Shown: positions 47,882 to 59,160 of the stretch, in pieces
Layout of the letters: every line of letters starts with the position of its first letter
How positions within the stretch are numbered: position 1 is the stretch's first letter
Assembly (NCBI GenBank): GCA_002269645.1
Contig: NIVC01003229.1
Coordinates: 45,790-109,789 of the forward strand
From: Macrostomum lignano
Taxonomy: Eukaryota
Length of the DNA stretch: 64,000 nucleotides
Reading direction: 5' to 3'
The notes under the pieces: model-generated
What the model was told of the DNA's origin: nothing
Seen by the model: the letters and a program-made list of their open reading frames with translations, nothing else
Database searches by the model: none
Program-made: the position numbers and the translations under genes

Positions 47882-48370
47882 ATGCAGCGCTCTGGTGGTA
47901 AAATAGATTCACATGGACTGATAGAAAAGCTTCCTCATCCAAACAAAGGCTGGACACTTCCCGGCTATAAATATTGCGGGCCTTTGAATCCACTTGAAAT
48001 ACAGCTAGATAAAAACAATAATCCACATCCTGGGCATGAGCCTGTGAACGAGCTAGACTCTGTCTGCATGTGGCACGACGTTAAGTATAGAGATTTTCCT
48101 GAGGAGAAGAATCGTTGGGACAAAGAAATGCTCAGGAGACTCGACAATATAGGGGCTTCAAGCGGATTTCGTGAGTCGATCGCTCGGAAGCTAGTTAAAG
48201 CTGTTATTTTTAGTAAGACAAAACTGGGGTTGGGGGTGTACGCCGAGGGCGGGTGTTTGGGGAGAGAGGGCGGGTGCACGGGGTGCTCGGGAACAGGGTT
48301 TATTTTGTGTGCTCCAAACGAGGAACTAGGAAGACTGCTGAAAGATATGGGGATAGAGAGAGACGCTTGA
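47882..48370 (+). CDS. Parvovirus VP1u-type phospholipase A2 protein (162 aa)
   Basis: LPGYKYCGPLN calcium-loop motif and NELDSVCMWHDVKY catalytic HDxxY. Confidence 0.88.
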   Translation: MQRSGGKIDSHGLIEKLPHPNKGWTLPGYKYCGPLNPLEIQLDKNNNPHPGHEPVNELDSVCMWHDVKYRDFPEEKNRWDKEMLRRLDNIGASSGFRESIARKLVKAVIFSKTKLGLGVYAEGGCLGREGGCTGCSGTGFILCAPNEELGRLLKDMGIERDA

Positions 48371-48576
48371 GTCGGGAAGGATTTAAAAAAAAGACTCATC
48401 GATATTAAATTGTAATAAGTGAAGAGCTTGGTTAAATATTTTATTTTATGTTAATAAACAAAAAAAACATTAACACAAAGTTGTTCAAAGTTACATATAA
48501 TAATTTGCTTAGTTAATTCATTCAGTTATTATTTCATTGAAAACTACTATGAGTAGGCTTAGCTTCGAAAAAAGTT

Positions 48577-49260
48577 CTAAACACTTTCCTGGATCTCCAG
48601 GATTTTTTTCCAGGATTTTTTTTCCAGGATTTTATCCAGGATTTTATCAATGTAAGCCGCTCATAGTGGTTTTCAGGGTAAAATAACAGGATTATTTTTT
48701 TAATTTTAATAAGTGAAGAGCATGGTTAAATATTTTATTTTATGTTAATAAACAAAAAAAAACATTAATACAAAGTTGTTCAAAGTTACTTATAATAATT
48801 TGCTTAGTTAATTCATCCAGTTATTATTACATTGAAAACACTACGAGTAGGCTTAGCTTCGAAAAAAATTCTAAACACTTTCCTGGATCTCTAGGATTTT
48901 TTTCCAGGATTTTTTTCCAGGATTTTATCAATGTAAACTACTCATAGTAGTCCTCTAAACACTTTCCTGGATCTCCAGGATTTTTTTCCAGGATTTTTTT
49001 CCAGGATTTTATCAATGTAAGCTACTAATAGTAGTTTTCTAAACACTTTCCTGGATCTCCAGGATTTTTTCCAGGATTTTTTTCCAGGATTTTATCAATG
49101 TAAACTACTCATAGTAGTCTTCTAACACTTTCCTGGATCTCCAGGATTTTTTTCCAGGATTTTTTCCAGGATTTTATCAATGTAAACTACTCATAGTAGT
49201 CCTCTAAACACTTTCCTGGATCTCCAGGATTTTTTTCCAGGATTTTATCAATGTGAACTA
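48577..49260. repeat. Palindrome-containing ~83-bp repeat array inside the Polinton
   Basis: ACTTTCCTGGATCTCCAGGA at ~48583, 48877, 48961, 49045, 49127, 49210; plus a ~300-bp duplication (48408.. vs 48709..). Confidence 0.93.
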
Positions 49261-49328
49261 GTTTTCAAGGTAAAATAACAGGATGAATTTTTTTACGTTA
49301 CAATTTGTTTAGTTTATTCATCCTTGGC

Positions 49329-50207
49329 TTAGTCGACTGATGCAGTCGCCAACTCCATCGTAGTCTCCTCCAGCAAGGCGTCCTCGTTCTCTCCTTCAAA
49401 CACGATGGCAATATCAGTCTCCAACTTGCAGCAGAAGTTGTCGTCCTGCTCCGCCTCTTTCTCGATCGCTCTTTTGTATGTGAGCAGCGACTCGAACGAG
49501 TGCCCGGAGAAGACTAAATTTGGGTACTTCCTGATGAACCCGTGGAAGGTGTACAGTCGTTCGGCGAACTTGGGGTCGATGTCCAGTCGCTTGGCGGCTC
49601 CTTCTGTTGAGAGACCTTGGGTCTTAATAGACGCGAGGATCTCCGCCTGCTTTTTTCTCGCCAGACAGGTGAGCACCTCCAAGTCCCCAATGAAGGACTC
49701 TAAACTGGCGAACTGCGTCAACATTCCGTCCACATCCGTTTGAACGTCGGCCAAGCATAACGCTTTAGCGTTGTAGAAACTAAAAAAAGCAATAACACGG
49801 AATCATAATGTAAAATATGTTTCGCTTTCTAGAAATCATAAAAACCTTAAGTAATTTAAATCACGTTTTAACCAAGTCAAGGATTGCAAATAATAGAATA
49901 AGCAAAAAAAAACTTACCGCGTCTTGATGTCGATCTGCTCATTTTTAATTTTTTTGAGACTCTCTTTTAGACGCGCTATGAAGCGTGCCTCTCGGCGCTC
50001 CTTGTCATTACTGGAGCGCTTGGCCTCGTCGGATTTCTCTTTTTTCAACGATTCACGATCGATTTTTTGCAAGCATTCAAACAGTGAGGCCTGCTCCTCT
50101 TCGTTAATGGCGGTAATCGCGACAGCCGTGCTTGCGATGTCTTTGCTACTGATACTTTTAATTGTATCGATAATTTTTGTCGGCTGCTGTTTCACCTTCG
50201 AATTCAT
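49329..50207 (-). CDS. Spliced Polinton gene, 246 aa (exons 50207-49918 and 49779-49329), function unknown
   Basis: TATATAAA 50290-50283; CG|GTAAGT donor and TTTTTTAG|T acceptor join the two ORFs in frame (KTR-FYN). Confidence 0.8.
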
Positions 50208-50303
50208 GACAGAAGAGAGCAAGGTGAGGCTAGGCGAGGCAGGGCGAGTCGAGGCGGGGCGAGGTGCGGTGTGAATTGGCTGTTTATATACCCGGCAGTT
50301 GCA

Positions 50304-50360
50304 TGTAGTTGCCAACTACAAGGTAGTACCTTGTAGTTGGCAACTACAAGGTACTACCTT
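50304..50360. promoter_or_regulatory. Two overlapping perfect palindromes between the TATA box and the right TIR
   Basis: 22-bp arms around 50326 and 20-bp arms around 50340. Confidence 0.75.
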
Positions 50361-50471
50361 ATAACTTCAGCCAATGGAGAGAATGGAAAGCACATGTGGA
50401 GCGCATGGCATGGGTTTTATTTTTACGTAGAACTTACGTAAACAAGGTACTACCTTGTAGTTGGCAACTAC

Positions 50472-50855
50472 GATCTGATTTCGCGTTGCGAATTGAATGT
50501 GGGGAGAAGAATGCAGATTATTTTCTGATTGTTTTAGAAATGTCATGGGTGGATGTCGGTGTCAATGAGCATAACAGGTGTTAGTGGACATCTGTTATGC
50601 TCTGATTCTGTCAGGGATAATAATGGATGGATTTAATAGAATTATGTTCGAAGTTTTCGGAGCAAGTTCGACCCCTTTTATTTCTGATTCTGTCAGGGAT
50701 AATATGGATGGATTTAGGTGGATTATGGAGGATGTTTTGTGAGCGAGTGCGACCCCCCTTTTTTCTGATTCTGTCAGGGATAATATGGATGGATTTAGGT
50801 GGATTATGGAGGAGGTGAAAAATTTTGTCCCAGAAGCCCCCTCATGCCTTCTACT
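50472..50855 (-). repeat. Right TIR of the Polinton (384 bp)
   Basis: Reverse complement of the left TIR without the MITE. Confidence 0.96.
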
Positions 50856-51179
50856 TTCCTACATTAACTACCACGTAGAAATTGAATTTTAGAATGTGAG
50901 TGGCTAAAAGTTTTCGTTCAACTTAAAGTTTTTCAACTCATTTTTATTTTAAATTTCAGGAAGTTGAAACTCGGATTCAATTACTAGAACTCTGTTTTAA
51001 GCGTTTTTAAAATAATTAAGATCTTCTTCAGAAATAAATAAAATGCAAAAAATTCAGAAAAAAATGAAAACCAAGTATTGAAAGTAACTACGAATGGTGT
51101 TTCAAAAGTATTGCCGCATTTCTTTGCACTACCTTTCATGATCATAGATTGAAACAAAGGGAATAATCACTGAATAACG

Positions 51180-53433
51180 GCTTTAACTTTAACTGTGGGC
51201 GAAAGTCAGAGGACAGGGATTTTCCCAGCAGAGGCAAGTGACTGTTGCCATCAACAGAGACCCAGGGATCCAATTACAATTACAGCAAAAATACTGGAAG
51301 GACAACAGGAACATGCAATCCGATGTTAATTAGATACCGGAGCTGGTGTTTCAATAATGTCCGAAATGTTGTGGAACCAGTTGGGCAGGCCTAGACTGCA
51401 ACCTTCAAGCACCAAGCTGGGTCGCTATGCCAACAACCACACATTCCAAGTACTAGGACAGAAGTGACAGAAGTGTCGGCGAAATCATAGCAGGGCGTGG
51501 TTTCTAGGCCACATTCTAGACAATGGTCGCATCTACCCGAACGACGAGAAAGTCAGTGCAATCAAGGAAATGGAGCCACCAAAAAGTTTGGCAGAATTAG
51601 AGTCATTTCTGGGATTAGTAACATTCTGTTATCGCTTCATACCTAACTTGTCAGAAATGACAACCACACTGATTTAACTGAAGCAGAAAGGTTCAAAGTT
51701 CCACTGGGGTTCAGGACAAATGGAAGCTTTCAACAACATCAAAAGGTTAATTTCAAAAGACGCAGAGTTGTCCGCTTACGATCCGAAACTACCCGTAGAA
51801 CTGGAGGTTGACGCATCGAAGAAAGCCTTGGGAGGGGTACTGAGTCAAGAAGGTCGCCTCGTACTCTATATCAGTAAAGCTCTTTCCAAAGCAGAAAAAA
51901 ACTACTCGAAAATTGAGCGTGAGGCACTGGCCATAGTCTGGGGAATTCGCAGATGCCATCGATTTCTCTGTGGGAGGAAGTTCAGCTTGGTCACGGACCA
52001 TAGATCCTTGATCTACATTTTAGCAGTCGACAAGGAACTTCCACCCCGAGTGTCTGCCAGACTACAGAGAGATGAGCGATTTTCCTTACAGCCTACGACT
52101 ATGCAATCCAGTACCGGAACACAAAGGCTATGGCTTCTGATGCGCTATCTCGACTAGTCAAGACAGGGTTAGACGAAACTACTCTGGAAATTGGAAACGT
52201 AAATGTGTTTTGCTCGCTCGTGTCAGCTAATGAGATGGTACATGCTACGAATAGTTGTCAGGACATGCGGATGCTAAAGAAAGCTGTGACAACAGGGGAC
52301 TCCAGGCATTGGGCACTGAGACCCTTCAAGCCTATCCGGGATGAACTAACTGTTCAAGATGATCTTGTTCTGAGGGGACAGAGAATCGTTGTTCCAAAAT
52401 CGCTACGTGACAGAGTGATCAAGGCCGTTCATCAAACACACCTTGGAATCGTCAGGTCAACGTCTTTGACCAGAAAAAGAGTTCTGGTGGCCTGCTATGG
52501 ACAAAGATCTCGAGAAAGCGATTGGCTTGTGTAAAATTTGCCGCTCTGCTAAGCCACAGAACCGAAATTTTCGTACATCTTGGCCGGAAGCAAATGTTCC
52601 GTGGGATCGAGTTCATGCGGATTTTGCCGGTCCCGTTGAGAACCTATATCTTCTAGTGATAGCAGACTCGTACACAGGCTACCCCGAGATCCACATCACT
52701 AAAGATATGACATCGCAAACGGTGATTCAATGTCTTCGACGAACATTTTCTCAACTGGGAATACCTCGCACCATAGTATCAGACAACGGTCCAAGCTTCA
52801 CGAGCAGGGAGTTCAGAGAATGGCTTGATGGAATCGATTGCAAACATTTGATGACTGCACCATACCATCCTCAGAGCAATGGAGCTGAAAGACTAGTACG
52901 AACACTGAAAGAGGCAATCAGAAGGTGGTGCTTCCTATCGGGCAGAGCATGGCGCTCATCAAGACAGATGAGGAACAACCAAAGTACAGGAAGGTTCACT
53001 TTGACCAAATTCAGCCATATGAACAGCCAAGTGAGCAAGCAGACGCAATGGCAGACCAACCGCGGACGGAAGAGCCTAGACCGGATGCAGAAGAAGACGC
53101 AAGTGCGAATAGTCCGGAGCCAGAACCGGATGGAGTTTAATGGGCTAAGGCGCAGTCAGCGATTAATGCAAAAACCGCGAGTTGACTATGGTTGCTGATG
53201 CTGACTTCAGCAGCGAATTGACTGTTTCCAATCACTAACTGGCGTTACTTATTGTAAGGGGGAAGATGCTGTTTGTGGGCTCAATCAGTGCCATAGTGCC
53301 TTTTTGTATAAAATATAAGCTCTGCAGAGCGAAATAAAAAGTAATTCGTTTAGCAAGACTCCGAGCGCTGAAAATATACAAGCATAAGACTCGTGTTACC
53401 TTTATGACTCCGACTCCCTAGTGCTACATAACA
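51180..53433 (+). mobile_element. Ty3/Gypsy remnant: protease, RT largely deleted, RNase H, integrase, PPT, putative 3' LTR
   Basis: LDTGAGVS; EVDASKKALG, NYSKIEREALA; HQTHLG..CKIC, HADFAGP, SDNGPSF, HPQSNG; PPT AAGGGGGAAGA then TG at 53267. Confidence 0.88.
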
Positions 53434-54539
53434 GTTTGTGCTACACGTCTGCGCTGCCCCAGCTCCACTAATACTTGCTTCTACCCAAAGTCGGAGTGGA
53501 CTTTACGTCTGTGTAAATCTATAGCACATGAAACAATGGGAGATTATACATACGGTACTAGAGGTAAACAATAAGCAAAATCACGAGTGGCGTAAGCTGT
53601 TTTGCAGGCAAAGGTAATTATTTCTAGCACCTCATCAGAATAATGATGGCAAGCAAAAGCGACACTTTGGAGTAGTTTTTTCATTTATACGAGATTTACG
53701 TTTGTATTTTTAGTAACTAAAAATGAGTACTTCAGCACTTTTTAAAAGTAAGGAAAGACTTCTAGATAAAAATTGTGGAACATGATGTCTTGTTTACGAA
53801 ATTAATGCCAATGACAAAAGGAACAAATAATGTCAATAGATTTAGCTGAATGCATATATTAGCTGTCAGTTTACCTGTCACCTAAATGTTATGCAAAGTT
53901 GTGGATAAAGCGCTGTTAAAGGTACGCCCATTCTTAGAGTGCAGTGAGCTATGCATGCTTACTTCTAGCGACATTGCCATAAGGAATGGTATCTTTTTAG
54001 ATTTGGGTTAAAACTGCTGCTTTGTAGGTGGTAAAACAAATCTATCCTAATTAGCAAGTAAGCTGCAAAGTTTAAGGAGGGAATTCAGCCTGCGAAGGTC
54101 CAGACGGAGAAAGGCATTCGGAGACAAGTATTTCGGTGTACTTCGCTGTAGACTAAGCCTCGTCGGTCATAATCATAAGCCAGGCTTCAATGCAAACAAG
54201 ACTCGAATTATTTTTTGCAAATTGTAGCTACTTCCTAAATAAGACTCGCTTTACGGTTCTTTCTAAGAGCTCATCTTCTTGCATTACAGTAATGTAGTAC
54301 AAGCTTCAATAAAAAAACAAACGGATGATTTGCTTTGGCATCCCAAAGGAATCTAAAAGGGATCTGCTGGCACACTATCACTTCAGTTTATCCCTATTAT
54401 TCCAGATTTACAGTGTAAGCACCTAATAGGTTACACCCGTTAATGTAAGGAGATTTACTCAGCAATATTTCAATCTGAACCATTGCTAATTCCGTGGTCT
54501 TCATAAGCTGTTTTAATAGAATTCCGCCAACGTGGCATC

Positions 54540-54790
54540 ATGGCACTAGCGCTGCTGTACTAACACCGGATGGCCTGTCGGATTTCTTTGAGACACCTCT
54601 GGGATGCTTCAGGGAGACACGCTTGCGCCGTGCACTCACTGGGTGCTCTTTCTTCTAACGACGACGGCTTCCTGCTGCATCGACGCGTGGTTCGACGCCA
54701 ACTGGAGTGGCGGCCCTCAGCACGCTTGGCTACGCCTGAAGAGTTTATTGGATGGTGATCAGTCACTCAATAACTCCCACTTCTAGACAC
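54540..54790 (+). mobile_element. RTE LINE RT fragment
   Basis: AVLTPDGLSDFF..LQGDTLAP. Confidence 0.7.
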
Positions 54791-55599
54791 TGGGGAACAG
54801 GTATATACAAAATCGAATAACTCTTACTGCAGCGGATCATCTTGTAGTTTGTAGACGTCTGGGTCTTGTAGTGTGTAGCGCTGTCTGACTTGGCTGAGCG
54901 GTGGCGGCGGCCGGTTCCGGTGAACCGCTGTTGTTTCTTGGAGTCCTTAACTTTATCTGTGGGTCGACCAAAACGAGAGCGAATTAGAATTCTTGACGGT
55001 CCTCGAGCTCGGAATTAACAATAGAACGTATGAACAATTGACTTCTCTGAATATCTGTAATAGGTCCTCCTGAAGGGCGTCTTCTTTGTTACGTCCGAAA
55101 CGTAACGGACAACTCAATTCAAATCAATAAATCCTTTAGGAATGTATCCTAGGAAACAAGGAGGCCTTTCTCAAATGTCTCGACAATAAGTGGCTCTCGT
55201 AGACTGAATTAATCAACTTGCTAGTGCTATAGGAAAGAACTAAATCAGGTAACGCTTACCAATCTATCCGGCTTTCTTCTTGGTTAACGTATTTCAAAGT
55301 CTTCATTAAGACCGCTCCGAGTCTGAATTTTTGACTCGGATTTTCGCTTATATTTATAGTAAAATTTTGGTGAAAAACTGGTTTAAAATCGGTTATTTAC
55401 TTAGCTCGTAGGTAACGTAAGTTTGATCATTACCATATATGGGATTAAGCAAATAAAACTCCAGAGAACCGGTTTCTTGATCAAATAAACGTTGATCCTA
55501 CGTAGGGCTCTGACTCACTTCTGTTTGCATATGCAACTAATTCTAAAAATAGATATTACTCATCATGACTCATTCTAAAAATGGATTGTTTAGAATTGT

Positions 55600-57400
55600 T
55601 TAGATTGTTTAGATAGCTGTAGGAATAAACTTGTCTCTGACTCTGATCAATTCTTTGCCCAGACTCACGCTATTGTGAGTAGCAAGAAGAACAGGTTGAT
55701 TCATGAAACTTTGAAACAACTGAGGGCTAATAAAGAGATTAAGGTTGTTGGCTATGATAAGGGTTACGGAGTTGCCATTCTTGATAGTGATGACTATCAT
55801 AGAAAGTTGAATGACATCGTTAGTGATCAATCCAAGTTTCGTTGCTTAGGTCCTAACGACGAGGTGACGATGATGCACCCTGTGCTAAAGGCTGAACGCA
55901 GTATCCAAACCTACATCAGAACTCAGGTGAAGAGGTATGTGAAAGAAGAAACGTACAAATGTATAATGCCCAGTGGTAGCCAGCCTGGCCAGTTGTATGG
56001 CCTGTGTTCAAAGTCCACAAAGAGGACAAGCCCCTGCGTCCCATCGTGTCTATGATTAATACTGCTGAGTATGAGTTGGCCAGGTTTTTAGACTCTATCA
56101 TCAAGCCAAAAATGCGCCAAGAGTTTAGTGTCAATTCTAACCATCAGTTCATTGAAGCTCTGAAATCTGTGAGGCCGGACGGTAATGACAGTGTGTTCAG
56201 CTTTGATGTCACTTCGCTATTAACGAACATTCCTCTCAAGCTTGCTTTAGATCTTGCACTGACGTTGTCTTTGTTGAGTCTCCTCCTGAAATACCTAAAG
56301 CGGTGTTTAGGAAGCTGCTGACTTTAGCTACTTCGGGTATCTTTCTCTTTCAAGACAAATACTATCGCCAAGTTGACGGGTGTGCTATGGGTAGCTCGCT
56401 TGCTCCAACGCTGGCTAACGTCTGCATGGCTTACTGGGAGAAGCAGTGGATGTCTCTTCCATGTGCTCCGACCTTTTATAGGAGGTATGTTGATGATACC
56501 TTTGCGATCTTCGATGAGGCTAGTAAGCAAAGTCAATTTCTCCAAGCGCTGAACTTACTCACCCAAACATTCGGTTCACCGTGGAAGGGGGTGATAAGAT
56601 AAGAAGTTGCCCTTTCTTGACATTGAGGTTGAGTTGAGTCTGGACACTGTTAGCACTAAGGTGTACGCAAACCCACGTTTACTGGTCTGATGCTCAACTT
56701 TAATGCGTTGTGGCCCGCGCCAATGGAAGGCTGGTCTTGTCCGTTGCATGATGCACAGAGCGTTCAGTATCTGTAGTACCTGGCAATCTTTCCACCAAGA
56801 AGTGGTCGAGCTCACTGACATTTTTCAACGTAATGGTTTCCCTAGGGGTTTTGTTGGTAAAGTGCTGAACAGATTTCTGACTAAGAAAATGACTGAGTCT
56901 AGTTTGACTGACGAAGCTAAGAGGTCGAATTCCAGTGATGTGCTGATCAAACTCCCATTCCTTGGTGTCCCGTCCCTGAGTCTGGAAAAGAAGCTTAAAA
57001 GAACCTTCTTGAAGTATTTCAACTCTCGGGTCATGGTTGTGTTTCAGACCGCCAAAATCGGCCAGTTTGTTAGCAGGTTGAAGTCGAAGGCCCCTAGAGC
57101 TCTGTCTGCTGGTGTCATCTATCAATTTTGTTGCTCTGGTGATCAGAGCATTTCCTACATAGGAAAAACCAAAAGGCACCTGTACACAGGGCTAGGGAGC
57201 ATAGAATGAATAACTCTGCTGTGCATGATCACTTGCTTAGTTGCAATGCTTGTTGTGAGCATGAGCCGACTGAGCTTTTCATCGTTTTGGATAGATGTAA
57301 AATTGATGGCAAACTCAGAATGCTGGAAGCCTTGCTTGCAGGTGTAGGAGCCAGTTCACAGCTCAAAGTTTTCTAGGCTTGGTGTGGGTTTGCGGCTCTC
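55600..57400 (+). mobile_element. Penelope-like element (RT plus GIY-YIG), frameshifted
   Basis: PGQLYGL/KVHKEDKPLRPIVS, SFDVTSL, GCAMGSSLAP, RYVDDTF; VIYQFCC..SYIGKT. Confidence 0.92.
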
Positions 57401-57575
57401 TCCTCGCCATTATTGTTTGCTCTGTGTTTGTTTGTTCTTTGTGATGGCCTAAAAATTTAATTTATTTTCGTCTCTTAATGTACAATTATCGACCGGACTG
57501 AACGTCTTATTGCCCTGTACAGTTTTTGATTTTCTTTATTTATTTAAATATACGGAACTGTTAATCATGAGTGCA

Positions 57576-57614
57576 AGCCCTGAAGATGACCGCCTGTGTC
57601 GAAACGCGTTGGCT
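57576..57614 (+). ncRNA. Minimal type I hammerhead ribozyme at the Penelope 3' end
   Basis: AGCC-CTGAAGA-T-GAC(cgcctgt)GTC-GAAA-CGCG-TT-GGCT. Confidence 0.7.
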
Positions 57615-57729
57615 GTAATAACAATTTACTCATACGTTGGTGTTGGCCTTCATTTTTCTATTATTTATTAAACGAGCATCTCTACCAGATTGTGAGTTTA
57701 AAATGGTTTTATTAGAATATTACTTGAAG

Positions 57730-58450
57730 TAGTGCATTACGGTATGACTAACGGCTCTATACACGCCGACGATCTCGTCCTACTGTCATCGACCGTCAAG
57801 GCGCCCAACGCCAGCTGGAGCAGCTGGTAAATGTTGCGGCGAGCGTCGCCTTGTGGTCAAAACGCAGAAGACCGTCGTGCTCTGCGTGCAGGACGACATC
57901 GAGGCTGCTATTTTTTGCCGAGGCCGTGACGGACAGTTGACAAGGCTTCCGCGCTGTCAGCAGTTTTTCTATCTCGGCGGTCTGGTACCTGACGTTCGCC
58001 AGGATCTGCGACATCACCGTGGACTTTCCTGAGCTTCCTTCCGTTCCGCGAGGTCTGTCCTATAGTTCGAGGCCCTGTCTGACTTTGTAGGCGTCGATCG
58101 CGGTGTCGATCACTCCGAGGTTTATCACTCCGAGACCTGGACGCTGACGGAATCGCTCGAACAGCAGATCGATGCGGCGTACGCTGACCAACTGCACGAC
58201 GCCTTCAATATCGGCTACAAGCGAGTCAACAATGCGTCACTTTATCGCTGCACCGTCCCAGCGAACCGTTGCGCCGTCGGCGACTCCAGCTGGCAGGCTA
58301 TTTCATGAGAGCCGAGTCGTACTGCCCGTAGCCGGTGTAGGAGGTGCTGCTGCTGACGCTGCAGGCACCCTACCGTCGACTGCCTGTCTGCTGATTCCGG
58401 CGCCCCGGAAACTGCTGGCGTTGCGGCCTACGTTCGCGCCCAAGCCTTGA
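57730..58450 (+). mobile_element. RTE LINE fragment (RT C-terminal part)
   Basis: ADDLVLLSS, QKTVVLCV, YLGGLVPDVR, ETWTLTESLEQQIDAA. Confidence 0.8.
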
Positions 58451-58959
58451 AACGCGCCCTGTGACATTGTCCATAAGACACAGCCTGGCGTAATGACAAA
58501 CTCAAGTGGCCATTGTGTGATTATGCTGTACGCACATTACTCAACGCTTAGGAATTATTATTTAAGGCTACTAAAAAACATTCACGAGACAATGTGCTTG
58601 TGCATACGATTTGTCCATCTCCAAAACCTAATACACAGTCTATCATTATTTCAGTCCCTTACCTACTACGCAATCACCATTGTCTAACGCTTGACTGGCT
58701 GAACAAAGTTTTTTGTTGTTTTTTGTGCTTAACAGAATATTCTTCCTTGGGGAAGATAGACAGTCGCTTGGGAATGCAGTGGAATCTGCATGACCAATCG
58801 CGGGATGCTTTCGGCTCATGTATTATTCATGGGTTCGGCCAGGCGTGGTAAAGGCGGCATCTAACAAAAGTTAATATTGGTATTATTGTTATGAAATATT
58901 AACTATACTTTTAGTATTATGATTATGATTATTAATATGAATGTTATTATATTTTTTAT

Positions 58960-59160
58960 TACTATATAGTGTTACTAGACAACCGCACGCACAGGGGTTA
59001 TTAAAGCACCCTCTGGTGGAAAATAGCTGTGTCCAGCCTAGCTGTAGATTGTGGGGTAAGGCCCAGACCCGCAAGTCAAGGAGAAAATTTTGGTCAGAGT
59101 GGTGCGGCTTGGCCCCGGCGGAGTCTCCCACAGCCCAGACGCCTTGCTGAGGCGGCTCTC
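58960..59160 (-). mobile_element. RTE LINE extreme 3' end
   Basis: LQLGWTQLF as at ~14640; adjacent (ATT)-rich tail. Confidence 0.65.

Larger units (their letters stand above)
34514..50855. mobile_element. Full-length Polinton/Maverick (adintovirus-like) endogenous virus, 16,342 bp
   Basis: AGTAG...CTACT termini; TSD TTCCTA at 34508-34513 and 50856-50861; long TIRs; pPolB, INT, ATPase, protease, MCP and minor capsid genes. Confidence 0.97.

Noticed and set aside
55062-55110. Second hammerhead-like motif upstream of the Penelope element (CTGAAGG..GGGCGT/ACGTCC..GAAACGTA)
   Set aside because: Core A9 is missing and stem I is mismatched next to the core; at best a decayed copy.
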